Assembly: GCA_036785375.1 (NCBI GenBank)
Contig: JAWMAR010000006.1
Location: forward strand, 11,904,001 to 11,968,000
Length of the DNA stretch: 64,000 nt
Direction of reading: 5' to 3'
From: Leucoraja ocellata
Lineage: Eukaryota
Under the pieces are notes generated by a model, which saw only the letters and a list, made by a program, of their open reading frames with translations, was not told the DNA's origin and did no database searches. Made by a program: the position numbers and the translations under genes. Shown here in pieces: positions 11,901 to 26,900 of this stretch. Numbering within the stretch: the stretch's first letter is position 1; every line of letters starts with the position of its first letter.

Positions 11901-14900
11901 TATAGGATATCATGCCTGGTTGTCCCCGATCTAAATATGTAAATACCAAAGAACTTGTCTATAAATCAATAGTTACTGTAGATTGGACAAATACAATATG
12001 ATGAAAAACACCAAAGAATATTTTGATAAGTACCGTCTACATAGAGGCTGTTGCTTTGCAGTTCGTATGGCCCCAGTGATGAAATGTCTTTGGTCATCTC
12101 GCTAAATTCATCATAAACATCTTCTCGGTTGATGGGTTCCATGGTGGACACATTTTGAAATAAACATTCAGCTGTCACTCTGGTGCTGTTAACCATTTCC
12201 TCTCTGCGATAAAGCAAAAGACATTTGTGATAAGTGTATAAGAATTTAGTGCAAAGTTGTTTGCAATGCCAGCAAGAGCACAGCTGAAATGTTGCCGTGG
12301 CTCATTACTGGTGTCTAAGCAATGGTCAGAGAAATCTGACTCTCAATTTGTCCGATTCCAGCCATCTATAGCCAGAGGGAGACCATATTTAAGTTGGAGG
12401 AAAATCATCTCATTATCTGATGTGTGGATTTGGAGCTTAACAATATGAATCATTATACGTGACAACCTACAAACTAACTGTATGAACAATGAGTTGTTCA
12501 ATTTTACGTGTCAAACTACAAATGCCCTTCTACCCCACAATTTCCTCCCCACTCTTCCCTGTGCTACATTTAAATATGCACCCATTTTTCCCTTTTCCCT
12601 TCACCCCTTCCCTACCCCCATTCTCCTCTTCCACTATGCTTCCTCAACTTTCATGATTAATTTGACTTCTATGCCTAACTTCCTATATTGAACCTTTTGT
12701 CTTCTCATCTCAGGATTTTCTGTAACCATTTGCCAATCAACTGCTCCCTCCCCATCACTTGTATCCCCGTATCACTTGCCACACTTTGTCATCCCCTCAC
12801 CACCTCTCTTGCAGCTTTCTCACCCCTACTGCAATCAGTCTGAAGTAGGGCCCGACCGAAAACTCTGCCAACTCATGTTCTCCAGATTTGCCGACTGACC
12901 CACTGAGATACTCCAGCACATCGTGTCTTATTCTGTTTGAATTTATATTGACTTCGCACTGATATTTGTAGGAAATGTGTTTATGAGATTATCATCTTTA
13001 CCATTTGGAATCACTGTGCATTAACAATTTGGAGACAAAGGAACGCAATTTTCATGATTTAATTGGAATTTTTTTTGTGAGTTACCTGAATGATTTCACG
13101 TCACATTTTAAGAATGTTGCATTGACACTGCTGTTCTCAAACAGGTCTGTGAGCTGGGGGCAAGAAAAATGGTGTTAGAATTAGACATAAAAAGGGGATG
13201 AATAAGTAGTATATCAGCAGAAAACTAATTGGTAAACTCTCTCACCTCATTTGCAATCATGGTTGTTGTTTCTGAAGGGTTTGCTTGAATTTCTTCAATA
13301 GACAGATTGTCAACAATGAAAGTCACGTTGTATTTAATGGGATTTGTTACTTCGGTTGGAACTGGAAGTGTGGAAATAGAGTAAGCAATTTAGCATGTTG
13401 TGAGTACCACGATTTTCAAATAGTTTAAAAACTGTTTCCTAGTACTGGATTTCTACAGAGTTTAAGCAACAGATGGAGAAGAACAAATGTAGTGTTAGAC
13501 AATTATTTCATGCATTTGATACAAACTCACCATTGACATTGTGCTGTACATTGAAATCTGAAAACAAACAGAGAAATATAAGTTGAACTTTAAATGTTCA
13601 AGTTTAGGCAACCTTTAAAAACCCACCAACCACAACAACAACTGGGCATGCACCTAGTAAACTCCTCCCCCTTGCCCTCCATCTACATTCCTTTTTTCTG
13701 GCTTCAAATTTGCAACTCTTCAATCCTTTTCCCTCAGACTTTATGTTTTTTCATCTCTGGCCTTTGTCCAACCTTCTGCGTATCTAAACTCCACCTCACC
13801 TGTGTCCACCTATTAATGACGTGCTTTGTACTGCCTCCCTTCTCTTAAAGCTTTCTTCTCACCCCACAATCAGTCAGAAGAAGGATCCTGAGCTGAAATG
13901 TCACCCATTCACGTTCTCTAGTGATGCTGCCTGACTCGCTGAGTTACTCTAGCACTTTGTTTCTTCTAAAGAAGCATGCAACTCTTTAATCGGGTATTTT
14001 TTGCCTCTCCTTGAACATTTATCAGGAAGAATACCCTTTTTTGAGTGGGTCATACCAGTGAGGCAGTGTGTTTGTGCAAAGGCAGGCTCCGAAGAGCAAG
14101 ACTGTGAATGATTTTAAGGTTTGCTTTCTCAGATCCTATAGGATATCATGCTTGGTTGTCCCTGATCTAAATATGTAAATACCAAAGAACTTGTCTATAA
14201 ATCAATAGTTACTATAGATTGGACAAATACAATATGAAGAAAAACACCAAAGAATATTTTGATAAGTACCGTCTACATAGAGGCTGTTGCTTTGCAGTTC
14301 GTATGGCCCCAGTGAGGAAATGTCTTTGGTCATCTCGCTAAATTCATCATAAACATCTTCTCGGTTGATGGGTTCCATGGTGGACACATTTTGAAATAAA
14401 CATTCAGCTGTCACTCTGGTGCTGTTAACCATTTCCTCTCTGCGATAAAGCAAAAGACATTTGTGATAAGTGTAAAATAATTTAGTGCAAAGTTGTTTGC
14501 ATGCCAGCAAGAGCGCAGCTGAAATGTTGCCGTGGCTCATTACTGTTGTCTAAGCAATGGTCAGTGAAATACGACTCTCAATTTGTCCGATTCCAGCCCA
14601 TCTATAGCCAGAGGGAAACCATATTTAAGTTGGAGGAAAATCATCTCATTATCTGATGTGTGGATTTGGAGCTTAACAATATGAATCATTATATGTGACA
14701 ACCTACAAACTAACTGTATGATCAATGAGTTGTTCAATTTTACGTGTCAAACTACAAATGCCCTTCTACCCCACAATTTCCTCCCCCCTCTTCCCTGTGC
14801 TACATTTGAATATGCACCCATTTTTCCCTTTTCCCTTCACCCCTTCCCTACCCCCATTCTCCTCTTCCACTATGCTTCCTCAACTTTCATGATTAATTTG

Positions 14901-17900
14901 ACTTCTATGCCTAACTTCCTATATTGAACCTTTTGTCTTCTCATCTCAGGATTTTCTGTAACCATTTGCCAATCAACTGCTCCCTCCCCATCACTTGTAT
15001 CCCCGTATCACTTGCCACACTTTGTCATCCCCTTCCCACCTCTCTTGCAGCTTTCTCACCCCTACTGCAATCAGCCTGAAGTAGGGCCCGACCGAAAACT
15101 CTGCCAACTCATGTTCTCCAGATTTGCCGACTGACCCACTGAGATACTCCAGCACATCGTGTCTTATTCTGTTAGAATTTATATTGACTTCGCACTGATA
15201 TTTGTAGGAAATGTGTTTATGAGATTATCATCTTTACCATTTGGAATCACTGTGCATTAACAATTTGGAGACAAAGGAACGCAATTTTCATGATTTAATT
15301 GGAATTTTTTTTGTGAGTTACCTGAATGATTTCACGTCACATTTTAAGAATGTTGCATTGACACTGCTGTTCTCAAACAGGTCTGTGAGCTGGGGGCAAG
15401 AAAAATGGTGTTAGAATTAGACATAAAAAGGGGATGAATAAGTAGTATATCAGCAGAAAACTAATTGGTAAACTCTCTCACCTCATTTGCAATCATGGTT
15501 GTTGTTTCTGAAGGGTTTGCTTGAATTTCTTCAATAGACAGATTGTCAACAATGAAAGTCACGTTGTATTTAATGGGATTTGTTACCTCGGTTGGAACTG
15601 GAAGTGTGGAAATAGAGTAAGCAATTTAGCATGTTGTGAGTACCACGATTTTCAAATAGTTTAAAAACTGTTTCCTAGTACTGGATTTCTACAGAGTTTA
15701 AGCAACAGATTGAGAAGAACAAATGTAGTGTTAGACAATTATTTCATGCATTTGATACAAACTCACCATTGACATTGTGCTGTACATTGAAATCTGAAAA
15801 CAAACAGAGAAATATAAGTTGAACTTTAAATGTTCAAGTTTAGGCAACCTTTAAAAACCCACCAACCACAACAACAACTGGGCATACATCTAGTAAACTC
15901 CTCCCACTGCCCTCCATCTACATTCCTTTTTCTGGCTTCAAATTTGCAACTCTTCAATCCTTTTCCCTCAGACTTTATATTTTTTCGTCTCTGGCCTTTG
16001 TCCAACCTTCTGCGTATCTAAACTCCACCTCACCTGTGTCCACCTATTAATGACGTGCTTTGTACTGCCTCCCTTCTCTTAAAGCTTTCTTCTCACCCCA
16101 CAAACAGTCAGAAGAAGGATTTTGAGCTGAAATGTCACCCATTCACGTTCTCTAGTGATGCTGCCTGACTCCCTGAGTTACTCTAGCACTTTGTTTCTTC
16201 TAAAGAAGCATGCAACTTTTTAATCGGGTATTTTTTGCCTCTCCTTGAACATTTATCAGGAAGAAAACCCTTTTTTGAGTGGGTCATACCAGTGAGGCAG
16301 TGTGTTTGTGCAAAGGCAGGCTCCGAAGAGCAAGACTGTGAATGATTTTAAGGTTTGCTTTCTCAGATCCTATAGGATATCATGCCTGGTTGTCCCTGAT
16401 CTAAATATGTAAATAACAAAGAACTTGTCTATAAATCAATAGTTACCGTTGTATTGGACAAATACAATATGAAGAAAAACACCAAATAATATTTTGATAA
16501 GTACCGTCTACATAGAGGCTGTTGCTTTGCAGTTCGTATGGCCCCAGAGAGGAAATGTCTTTGGTCATCTCGCTAAATTCATCATAAACATCTTCTCGGT
16601 TGATGGGTTCGATGGTGGACACATTTTGAAATAAACATTCGGCTGTCACTCTGGTGCTGTTAACCATTTCCTCTCTGCGATAAAGCAAAAGACATTTGTG
16701 ATAAGTGTAAAAGAATTTAGTGCAAAGTTGTTTGCAATGCCAGCAAGAGCACAGCTGAAATGTTGCCGTGGTGCATTACTGGTGTCTAAGCAATGGTCAG
16801 AGAAATCTGACTCTCAATTTGTCCATCTCCAGCCCATCTATAGCCAGAGGGAGACCATATTTAAGTTGGAGGAAAATCATATCATTATCTGATGTGTGGA
16901 TTCGGAGCTTAACAACATGAATCATTACACGTGACAACCTACAAACTAACTGTATGAACAATGAGTTGTTCAATTTTACGTGTCAACCTACAAATGCCCT
17001 TCTACCCCACAATTTCCTCCCCACTCTTCCCTGTGCTACATTTGAATATGCACCCATTTTCCCCTTTTCCCTTCACCCCTTCCCTACCCCCATTCTCCTC
17101 TTCCACTATGCCTCCTCAACTTTCATGATTAATTTGACTTCTATGCCTAACTTCCTATATTGAACCTTTTGTCTTCTCATCTCAGGATTTTCTGTAACCA
17201 TTTGCCAATCAACTGCTCCCTCCCCATCACTTGTATCCCCGTATCACTTGCCACACTTTGTCATCCCCTTCCCACCTCTCTTGCAGCTTTCTCACCCCTA
17301 CTGCAATCAGTCTGAAGTAGGGCCCGACCAAAAACTCTGCCAACCCATGTTCTCCAGATTTGCCGACTGACCCGCTGAGATACTCCAGCACATCGTGTCT
17401 TATTCTGTTAGAATTTATATTGACTTTGCACTGATATTTGTAGGAAATGTGTTTATGAGATTATCATCTTTACCATTTGGAATCACTGTGCATTAACTAT
17501 TTGGAGACAAAGGAATGCAATTTTCATGATTTAATTGAACATTTTTTTGTGAGTTACCTGAATGATTTCACGTCACATTTTAAGAATGTTGCATTGACAC
17601 TGCTGTTCTCAAACAGGTCTGTGAGCTGGGGGCAAGAAAAATGGTGTTAGAATTAGACATAAAAAGGGGATGAATAAGTAGTATATCAGCAGAAAACTAA
17701 TTGGTAAACTCTCTCACCTCATTTGCAATCATGGTTGCTGTTTCTGAAGGGTTTGCTTGAATTTCTTCAATAGACAGATTGTCAACAATGAAAGTCACGT
17801 TGTATTTAATGGGATTTGTTACCTCAGTTGGAACTGGAACAGTGGAAATAGAGTAAGCAATTTAGCATGTTGTGAGTACCTCAATTTTCAAATAGTTTAA

Positions 17901-20900
17901 AAACTGTTTCCCAGTACTGGATTTCTACAGAGTTTAAGCAACAGGTTGAGAAGAACAAATGTAGCTTAAGACAATTATTTCATGCATTTGATACAAACTC
18001 ACCATTGACATTGTGCTGTACATTGAAATCTGAAAACACACAGAGAAATATAAGTTGAACTTTAAATGTTCAAGTTTAGGCAACCTTTAAAAACCCACCA
18101 ACCACAACAACAACTGGGCATGCACCTAGTAAACTCCTCCCACTTGCCCTCCATCTACATTCCTTTTTCTGGCTTCAAATTTGCAACTCTTCAATCCTTT
18201 CCCCCAGACTTTATGTTTTTTCGTCTCTGGCCTTTGTCCAACCTTCTGCGTATCTAAACTCCACCTCACCTGTGTCCACCTATTAATGACGTGCTTTGTA
18301 CTGCCTCCCTTCTATTACAGCTTTCTTCTCACCCCACCACCCCACAATCTGCCTGAAGAAGGATTTTGTGCTGAAATGCCACCCATTCACGTTCTCCAGT
18401 GATGCTGTCTGACCCGCTGAGTTACTCTAGCACTTTGTTTCTTCTAAAAAAGCAAGCAACTTTTTAATCGGGTATTTTTTTCCCTCTCCTTGAATATTTA
18501 TCAGGAAGAAAACCCTTTTTTGAGTGGGTCATACCAGTGAGGCAGTGTGTTTGTGCAAAGGCAGGCTCCGAAGAGCAAGACTGTGAATGAATTTAAGGTT
18601 TGCTTTCTCAGATCCTATAGGATATCATGCCTGGTTGTCCCCGATCTAAATATGTAAATACCAAAGAACTTGTCTATAAATCAATAGTTACTGTAGATTG
18701 GACAAATACAATATGAAGAAAAACACCAAGGAATATTTTGCTAAGTACCGTCTACATAGAGGCTGTTGCTTTGCAGTTCGTATGGCCCCAGTGAGGAAAT
18801 GTCTTTGGTCATCTCGCTAAATTCATCATAAACATCTTCTCGGTTGATGGGTTCCATGGTGGACACATTTTGAAATAAACATTCAGCTGTCACTCTGGTG
18901 CTGTTAACCATTTCCTCTCTGCGATAAAGCAAAAGACATTTGTGATAAGTGTAAAATAATTTAGTGCAAAGTTGTTTGCAATGCCAGCAAGAGCACAGCT
19001 GAAATGTTGCCGTGGCTCTTTACTGGTGTCTAAGCAATGGTCAGAGAAATCTGACTCTCAATTTGTCCGTCTCTAGCCCATGTATAGCCAGAGGGAGACC
19101 ATATTTAAGTTGGAGGAAAATCATCTTATTATCTGATGTGTGGATTTGGAGCTTAACAACATGAATCATTTTACGTGTCAACCTACAAACAAACTGTATG
19201 AACAATGAGTTGTTCAATTTTACGTGTCAACCTACAAATGCCCCTCTACCCCACAAATTTTTCCCCACTCTTCCCTGTGCTACACTTGAATGTGCACCCA
19301 TTTTCCCCTTTTCCCTTCACCCCTTCCCTACCCCATTCTCCACTTCCACTATGCTTCCTCAACTTTGATAATTAATTTGTCTTTTATGCCTAACTCCCTA
19401 TATTAAACATAGAAACATAGAAAATAGGTGCTTGAGTAGGCCATTCGGCCCTTCGAGCCTGCACCGCCATTCAATATGATCATGGTTGATCATCCAACTC
19501 AGTATGCTGTTCCTGCCTTCTCTCCATGCCCCCTGATCCCTTTAGCCAGAAGGGCCACATCTAACTCCCTCTTAAATATAACAAATTAACTGGCCTCAAT
19601 TACCTTCTGCGGCAGAGAATTCCAGAGATTCACCACTCTCTGTGTGAATATTGAACCCTTTGTCTTCTCATCTCAGGATTTTCTGTAACCATTTACGTGT
19701 CAACCTACAAATGCCCTTCTACCCCACAATTTCCTCCCCACTCTTCCCTGTGCTACACTTGAATATGCACCCATTTCCCCTTTTCCCTTCACCCCTTCCC
19801 TACCCCCATTCTCCTCTTCCACTATGCCTCCTCAACTTTCATGATTAATTTGACTTCTATGCCTAACATCCTATATTGAACCTTTTGTCTTCTCATGTCA
19901 GGATTTTCTGTAACCATTTGCCAATCAACTGCTCCCTCCCCATCACTTGTATCCCCGTATCACTTGCCACACTTTGTCATCCCCTTCCCACCTCTCTTGC
20001 AGCTTTCTCACCCCTACTGCAATCAGTCTGAAGTAGGGCCCGACCAAAAACTCTGCCAACCCATGTTCTCCAGATTTGCCGACTGACCCACTGAGATACT
20101 CCAGCACATCGTGTCTTATTCTGTTAGAATTTATATTGACTTTGCACTGATATTTGTAGGAAATGTGTTTATGAGATTATCATCTTTACCATTTGGAATC
20201 ACTGTGCATTAACAATTTGGAGACAAAGGAATGCAATTTTCATGATTTAATTGAACATTTTTTTGTGAGTTACCTGAATGATTTCACGTCACATTTTAAG
20301 AATGTTGCATTGACACTGCTGTTCTCAAACAGGTCTGTGAGCTGGGGGCAAGAAAAATGGTGTTAGAATTAGACATAAAAAGGGGATGAATAAGTAGTAT
20401 ATCAGCAGAAAACTAATTGGTAAACTCTCTCACCTCATTTGCAATCATGGTTGCTGTTTCTGAAGGGTTTGCTTGAATTTCTTCAATAGACAGATTGTCA
20501 ACAATGAAAGTCACGTTGTATTTAATGGGATTTGTTACCTCAGTTGGAACTGGAACAGTGGAAATAGAGTAAGCAATTTAGCATGTTGTGAGTACCTCAA
20601 TTTTCAAATAGTTTAAAAACTGTTTCCCAGTACTGGATTTCTACAGAGTTTAAGCAACAGGTTGAGAAGAACAAATGTAGCTTAAGACAATTATTTCATG
20701 CATTTGATACAAACTCACCATTGACATTGTGCTGTACATTGAAATCTGAAAACACACAGAGAAATATAAGTTGAACTTTAAATGTTCAAGTTTAGGCAAC
20801 CTTTAAAAACCCACCAACCACAACAACAACTGGGCATGCACCTAGTAAACTCCTCCCACTTGCCCTCCATCTACATTCCTTTTTCTGGCTTCAAATTTGC

Positions 20901-23900
20901 AACTCTTCAATCCTTTCCCCCAGACTTTATGTTTTTTCGTCTCTGGCCTTTGTCCAACCTTCTGCGTATCTAAACTCCACCTCACCTGTGTCCACCTATT
21001 AATGACGTGCTTTGTACTGCCTCCCTTCTATTACAGCTTTCTTCTCACCCCACCACCCCACAATCTGCCTGAAGAAGGATTTTGTGCTGAAATGCCACCC
21101 ATTCACGTTCTCCAGTGATGCTGTCTGACCCGCTGAGTTACTCTAGCACTTTGTTTCTTCTAAAAAAGCAAGCAACTTTTTAATCGGGTATTTTTTTCCC
21201 TCTCCTTGAATATTTATCAGGAAGAAAACCCTTTTTTGAGTGGGTCATACCAGTGAGGCAGTGTGTTTGTGCAAAGGCAGGCTCCGAAGAGCAAGACTGT
21301 GAATGAATTTAAGGTTTGCTTTCTCAGATCCTATAGGATATCATGCCTGGTTGTCCCCGATCTAAATATGTAAATACCAAAGAACTTGTCTATAAATCAA
21401 TAGTTACTGTAGATTGGACAAATACAATATGAAGAAAAACACCAAGGAATATTTTGCTAAGTACCGTCTACATAGAGGCTGTTGCTTTGCAGTTCGTATG
21501 GCCCCAGTGAGGAAATGTCTTTGGTCATCTCGCTAAATTCATCATAAACATCTTCTCGGTTGATGGGTTCCATGGTGGACACATTTTGAAATAAACATTC
21601 AGCTGTCACTCTGGTGCTGTTAACCATTTCCTCTCTGCGATAAAGCAAAAGACATTTGTGATAAGTGTAAAATAATTTAGTGCAAAGTTGTTTGCAATGC
21701 CAGCAAGAGCACAGCTGAAATGTTGCCGTGGCTCTTTACTGGTGTCTAAGCAATGGTCAGAGAAATCTGACTCTCAATTTGTCCGTCTCTAGCCCATGTA
21801 TAGCCAGAGGGAGACCATATTTAAGTTGGAGGAAAATCATCTTATTATCTGATGTGTGGATTTGGAGCTTAACAACATGAATCATTTTACGTGTCAACCT
21901 ACAAACAAACTGTATGAACAATGAGTTGTTCAATTTTACGTGTCAACCTACAAATGCCCCTCTACCCCACAAATTTTTCCCCACTCTTCCCTGTGCTACA
22001 CTTGAATGTGCACCCATTTTCCCCTTTTCCCTTCACCCCTTCCCTACCCCATTCTCCACTTCCACTATGCTTCCTCAACTTTGATAATTAATTTGTCTTT
22101 TATGCCTAACTCCCTATATTAAACATAGAAACATAGAAAATAGGTGCTTGAGTAGGCCATTCGGCCCTTCGAGCCTGCACCGCCATTCAATATGATCATG
22201 GTTGATCATCCAACTCAGTATGCTGTTCCTGCCTTCTCTCCATGCCCCCTGATCCCTTTAGCCAGAAGGGCCACATCTAACTCCCTCTTAAATATAACAA
22301 ATTAACTGGCCTCAATTACCTTCTGCGGCAGAGAATTCCAGAGATTCACCACTCTCTGTGTGAATATTGAACCCTTTGTCTTCTCATCTCAGGATTTTCT
22401 GTAACCATTTACGTGTCAACCTACAAATGCCCTTCTACCCCACAATTTCCTCCCCACTCTTCCCTGTGCTACACTTGAATATGCACCCATTTCCCCTTTT
22501 CCCTTCACCCCTTCCCTACCCCCATTCTCCTCTTCCACTATGCCTCCTCAACTTTCATGATTAATTTGACTTCTATGCCTAACATCCTATATTGAACCTT
22601 TTGTCTTCTCATGTCAGGATTTTCTGTAACCATTTGCCAATCAACTGCTCCCTCCCCATCACTTGTATCCCCGTATCACTTGCCACACTTTGTCATCCCC
22701 TTCCCACCTCTCTTGCAGCTTTCTCACCCCTACTGCAATCAGTCTGAAGTAGGGCCCGACCAAAAACTCTGCCAACCCATGTTCTCCAGATTTGCCGACT
22801 GACCCACTGAGATACTCCAGCACATCGTGTCTTATTCTGTTAGAATTTATATTGACTTTGCACTGATATTTGTAGGAAATGTGTTTATGAGATTATCATC
22901 TTTACCATTTGGAATCACTGTGCATTAACAATTTGGAGACAAAGGAATGCAATTTTCATGATTTAATTGAACATTTTTTTGTGAGTTACCTGAATGATTT
23001 CACGTCACATTTTAAGAATGTTGCATTGACACTGCTGTTCTCAAACAGGTCTGTGAGCTGGGGGCAAGAAAAATGGTGTTAGAATTAGACATAAAAAGGG
23101 GATGAATAAGTAGTATATCAGCAGAAAACTAATTGGTAAACTCTCTCACCTCATTTGCAATCATGGTTGTTGTTTCTGAAGGGTTTGCTTGAATTTCTTC
23201 AATAGACAGATTGTCAACAATGAAAGTCACGTTGTATTTAATGGGATTTGTTACCTCGGTTGGAACTGGAACTGTGGAAATAGAGTAAGCAATTTAGCAT
23301 GTTGTGAGTACCACGATTTTCAAATAGTTTAAAAACTGTTGCCTAGTACTGGATTTCTACAGAGTTTAAGCAACAGGTTGAGAAGAACAAATGTAGTGTT
23401 AGACAATTATTTCATGCATTTGATACAAACTCACCATTGACATTGTGCTGTACATTGAAATCTGAAAACAAACAGAGAAATATAAGTTGAACTTTAAATG
23501 TTCAAGTTTAGGCAACCTTTAAAAACCCACCAACCACAACAACAACTGGGCATGCACCTAGTAAACTCCTCCCACTTGCCCTCCATCTACATTCCTTTTT
23601 CTGGCTTCAAATTTGCAACTCTTCAATCCTTTTCCCTCAGACTTTATGTTTTTTCGTCTCTGGCCTTTGTCCAACCTTCTGCGTATCTAAACTCCACCTC
23701 ACCTGTGTCCACCTATTAATGACGTGCTTTGTACTGCCTCCCTTCTCTTACAGCTTTCTTCTCCCCCCACCACCCCACAATCTGCCTGAAGAAGGATTTT
23801 GTGCTGAAATGCCACCCATTCACGTTCTCCAGTGATGCTGTCTGACCCGCTGAGTTACTCTAGCACTTTGTTTCTTCTAAAAAAGCAAGCAACTTTTTAA

Positions 23901-26900
23901 TCGGGTATTTTTTTCCCTCTCCTTGAATATTTATCAGGAAGAAAACCCTTTTTTGAGTGGGTCATACCAGTGAGGCAGTGTGTTTGTGCAAAGGCAGGCT
24001 CCGAAGAGCAAGACTGTGAATGAATTTAAGGTTTGCTTTCTCAGATCCTATAGGATATCATGCCTGGTTGTCCCCGATCTAAATATGTAAATACCAAAGA
24101 ACTTGTCTATAAATCAATAGTTACTGTAGATTGGACAAATACAATATGAAGAAAAACACCAAGGAATATTTTGCTAAGTACCGTCTACATAGAGGCTGTT
24201 GCTTTGCAGTTCGTATGGCCCCAGTGAGGAAATGTCTTTGGTCATCTCGCTAAATTCATCATAAACATCTTCTCGGTTGATGGGTTCCATGGTGGACACA
24301 TTTTGAAATAAACATTCAGCTGTCACTCTGGTGCTGTTAACCATTTCCTCTCTGCGATAAAGCAAAAGACATTTGTGATAAGTGTAAAATAATTTAGTGC
24401 AAAGTTGTTTGCAATGCCAGCAAGAGCACAGCTGAAATGTTGCCGTGGCTCTTTACTGGTGTCTAAGCAATGGTCAGAGAAATCTGACTCTCAATTTGTC
24501 CGTCTCTAGCCCATGTATAGCCAGAGGGAGACCATATTTAAGTTGGAGGAAAATCATCTTATTATCTGATGTGTGGATTTGGAGCTTAACAACATGAATC
24601 ATTTTACGTGTCAACCTACAAACAAACTGTATGAACAATGAGTTGTTCAATTTTACGTGTCAACCTACAAATGCCCCTCTACCCCACAAATTTTTCCCCA
24701 CTCTTCCCTGTGCTACACTTGAATGTGCACCCATTTTCCCCTTTTCCCTTCACCCCTTCCCTACCCCATTCTCCACTTCCACTATGCTTCCTCAACTTTG
24801 ATAATTAATTTGTCTTTTATGCCTAACTCCCTATATTAAACATAGAAACATAGAAAATAGGTGCTTGAGTAGGCCATTCGGCCCTTCGAGCCTGCACCGC
24901 CATTCAATATGATCATGGTTGATCATCCAACTCAGTATGCTGTTCCTGCCTTCTCTCCATGCCCCCTGATCCCTTTAGCCAGAAGGGCCACATCTAACTC
25001 CCTCTTAAATATAACAAATTAACTGGCCTCAATTACCTTCTGCGGCAGAGAATTCCAGAGATTCACCACTCTCTGTGTGAATATTGAACCCTTTGTCTTC
25101 TCATCTCAGGATTTTCTGTAACCATTTACGTGTCAACCTACAAATGCCCTTCTACCCCACAATTTCCTCCCCACTCTTCCCTGTGCTACACTTGAATATG
25201 CACCCATTTCCCCTTTTCCCTTCACCCCTTCCCTACCCCCATTCTCCTCTTCCACTATGCCTCCTCAACTTTCATGATTAATTTGACTTCTATGCCTAAC
25301 ATCCTATATTGAACCTTTTGTCTTCTCATGTCAGGATTTTCTGTAACCATTTGCCAATCAACTGCTCCCTCCCCATCACTTGTATCCCCGTATCACTTGC
25401 CACACTTTGTCATCCCCTTCCCACCTCTCTTGCAGCTTTCTCACCCCTACTGCAATCAGTCTGAAGTAGGGCCCGACCAAAAACTCTGCCAACCCATGTT
25501 CTCCAGATTTGCCGACTGACCCACTGAGATACTCCAGCACATCGTGTCTTATTCTGTTAGAATTTATATTGACTTTGCACTGATATTTGTAGGAAATGTG
25601 TTTATGAGATTATCATCTTTACCATTTGGAATCACTGTGCATTAACAATTTGGAGACAAAGGAATGCAATTTTCATGATTTAATTGAACATTTTTTTGTG
25701 AGTTACCTGAATGATTTCACGTCACATTTTAAGAATGTTGCATTGACACTGCTGTTCTCAAACAGGTCTGTGAGCTGGGGGCAAGAAAAATGGTGTTAGA
25801 ATTAGACATAAAAAGGGGATGAATAAGTAGTATATCAGCAGAAAACTAATTGGTAAACTCTCTCACCTCATTTGCAATCATGGTTGTTGTTTCTGAAGGG
25901 TTTGCTTGAATTTCTTCAATAGACAGATTGTCAACAATGAAAGTCACGTTGTATTTAATGGGATTTGTTACCTCGGTTGGAACTGGAACTGTGGAAATAG
26001 AGTAAGCAATTTAGCATGTTGTGAGTACCACGATTTTCAAATAGTTTAAAAACTGTTGCCTAGTACTGGATTTCTACAGAGTTTAAGCAACAGGTTGAGA
26101 AGAACAAATGTAGTGTTAGACAATTATTTCATGCATTTGATACAAACTCACCATTGACATTGTGCTGTACATTGAAATCTGAAAACAAACAGAGAAATAT
26201 AAGTTGAACTTTAAATGTTCAAGTTTAGGCAACCTTTAAAAACCCACCAACCACAACAACAACTGGGCATGCACCTAGTAAACTCCTCCCACTTGCCCTC
26301 CATCTACATTCCTTTTTCTGGCTTCAAATTTGCAACTCTTCAATCCTTTTCCCTCAGACTTTATGTTTTTTCGTCTCTGGCCTTTGTCCAACCTTCTGCG
26401 TATCTAAACTCCACCTCACCTGTGTCCACCTATTAATGACGTGCTTTGTACTGCCTCCCTTCTCTTACAGCTTTCTTCTCCCCCCACCACCCCACAATCT
26501 GCCTGAAGAAGGATTTTGTGCTGAAATGCCACCCATTCACGTTCTCCAGTGATGCTGTCTGACCCGCTGAGTTACTCTAGCACTTTGTTTCTTCTAAAAA
26601 AGCAAGCAACTTTTTAATCGGGTATTTTTTTCCCTCTCCTTGAATATTTATCAGGAAGAAAACCCTTTTTTGAGTGGGTCATACCAGTGAGGCAGTGTGT
26701 TTGTGCAAAGGCAGGCTCCGAAGAGCAAGACTGTGAATGAATTTAAGGTTTGCTTTCTCAGATCCTATAGGATATCATGCCTGGTTGTCCCCGATCTAAA
26801 TATGTAAATACCAAAGAACTTGTCTATAAATCAATAGTTACTGTAGATTGGACAAATACAATATGAAGAAAAACACCAAAGAATATTTTGATAAGTACCG

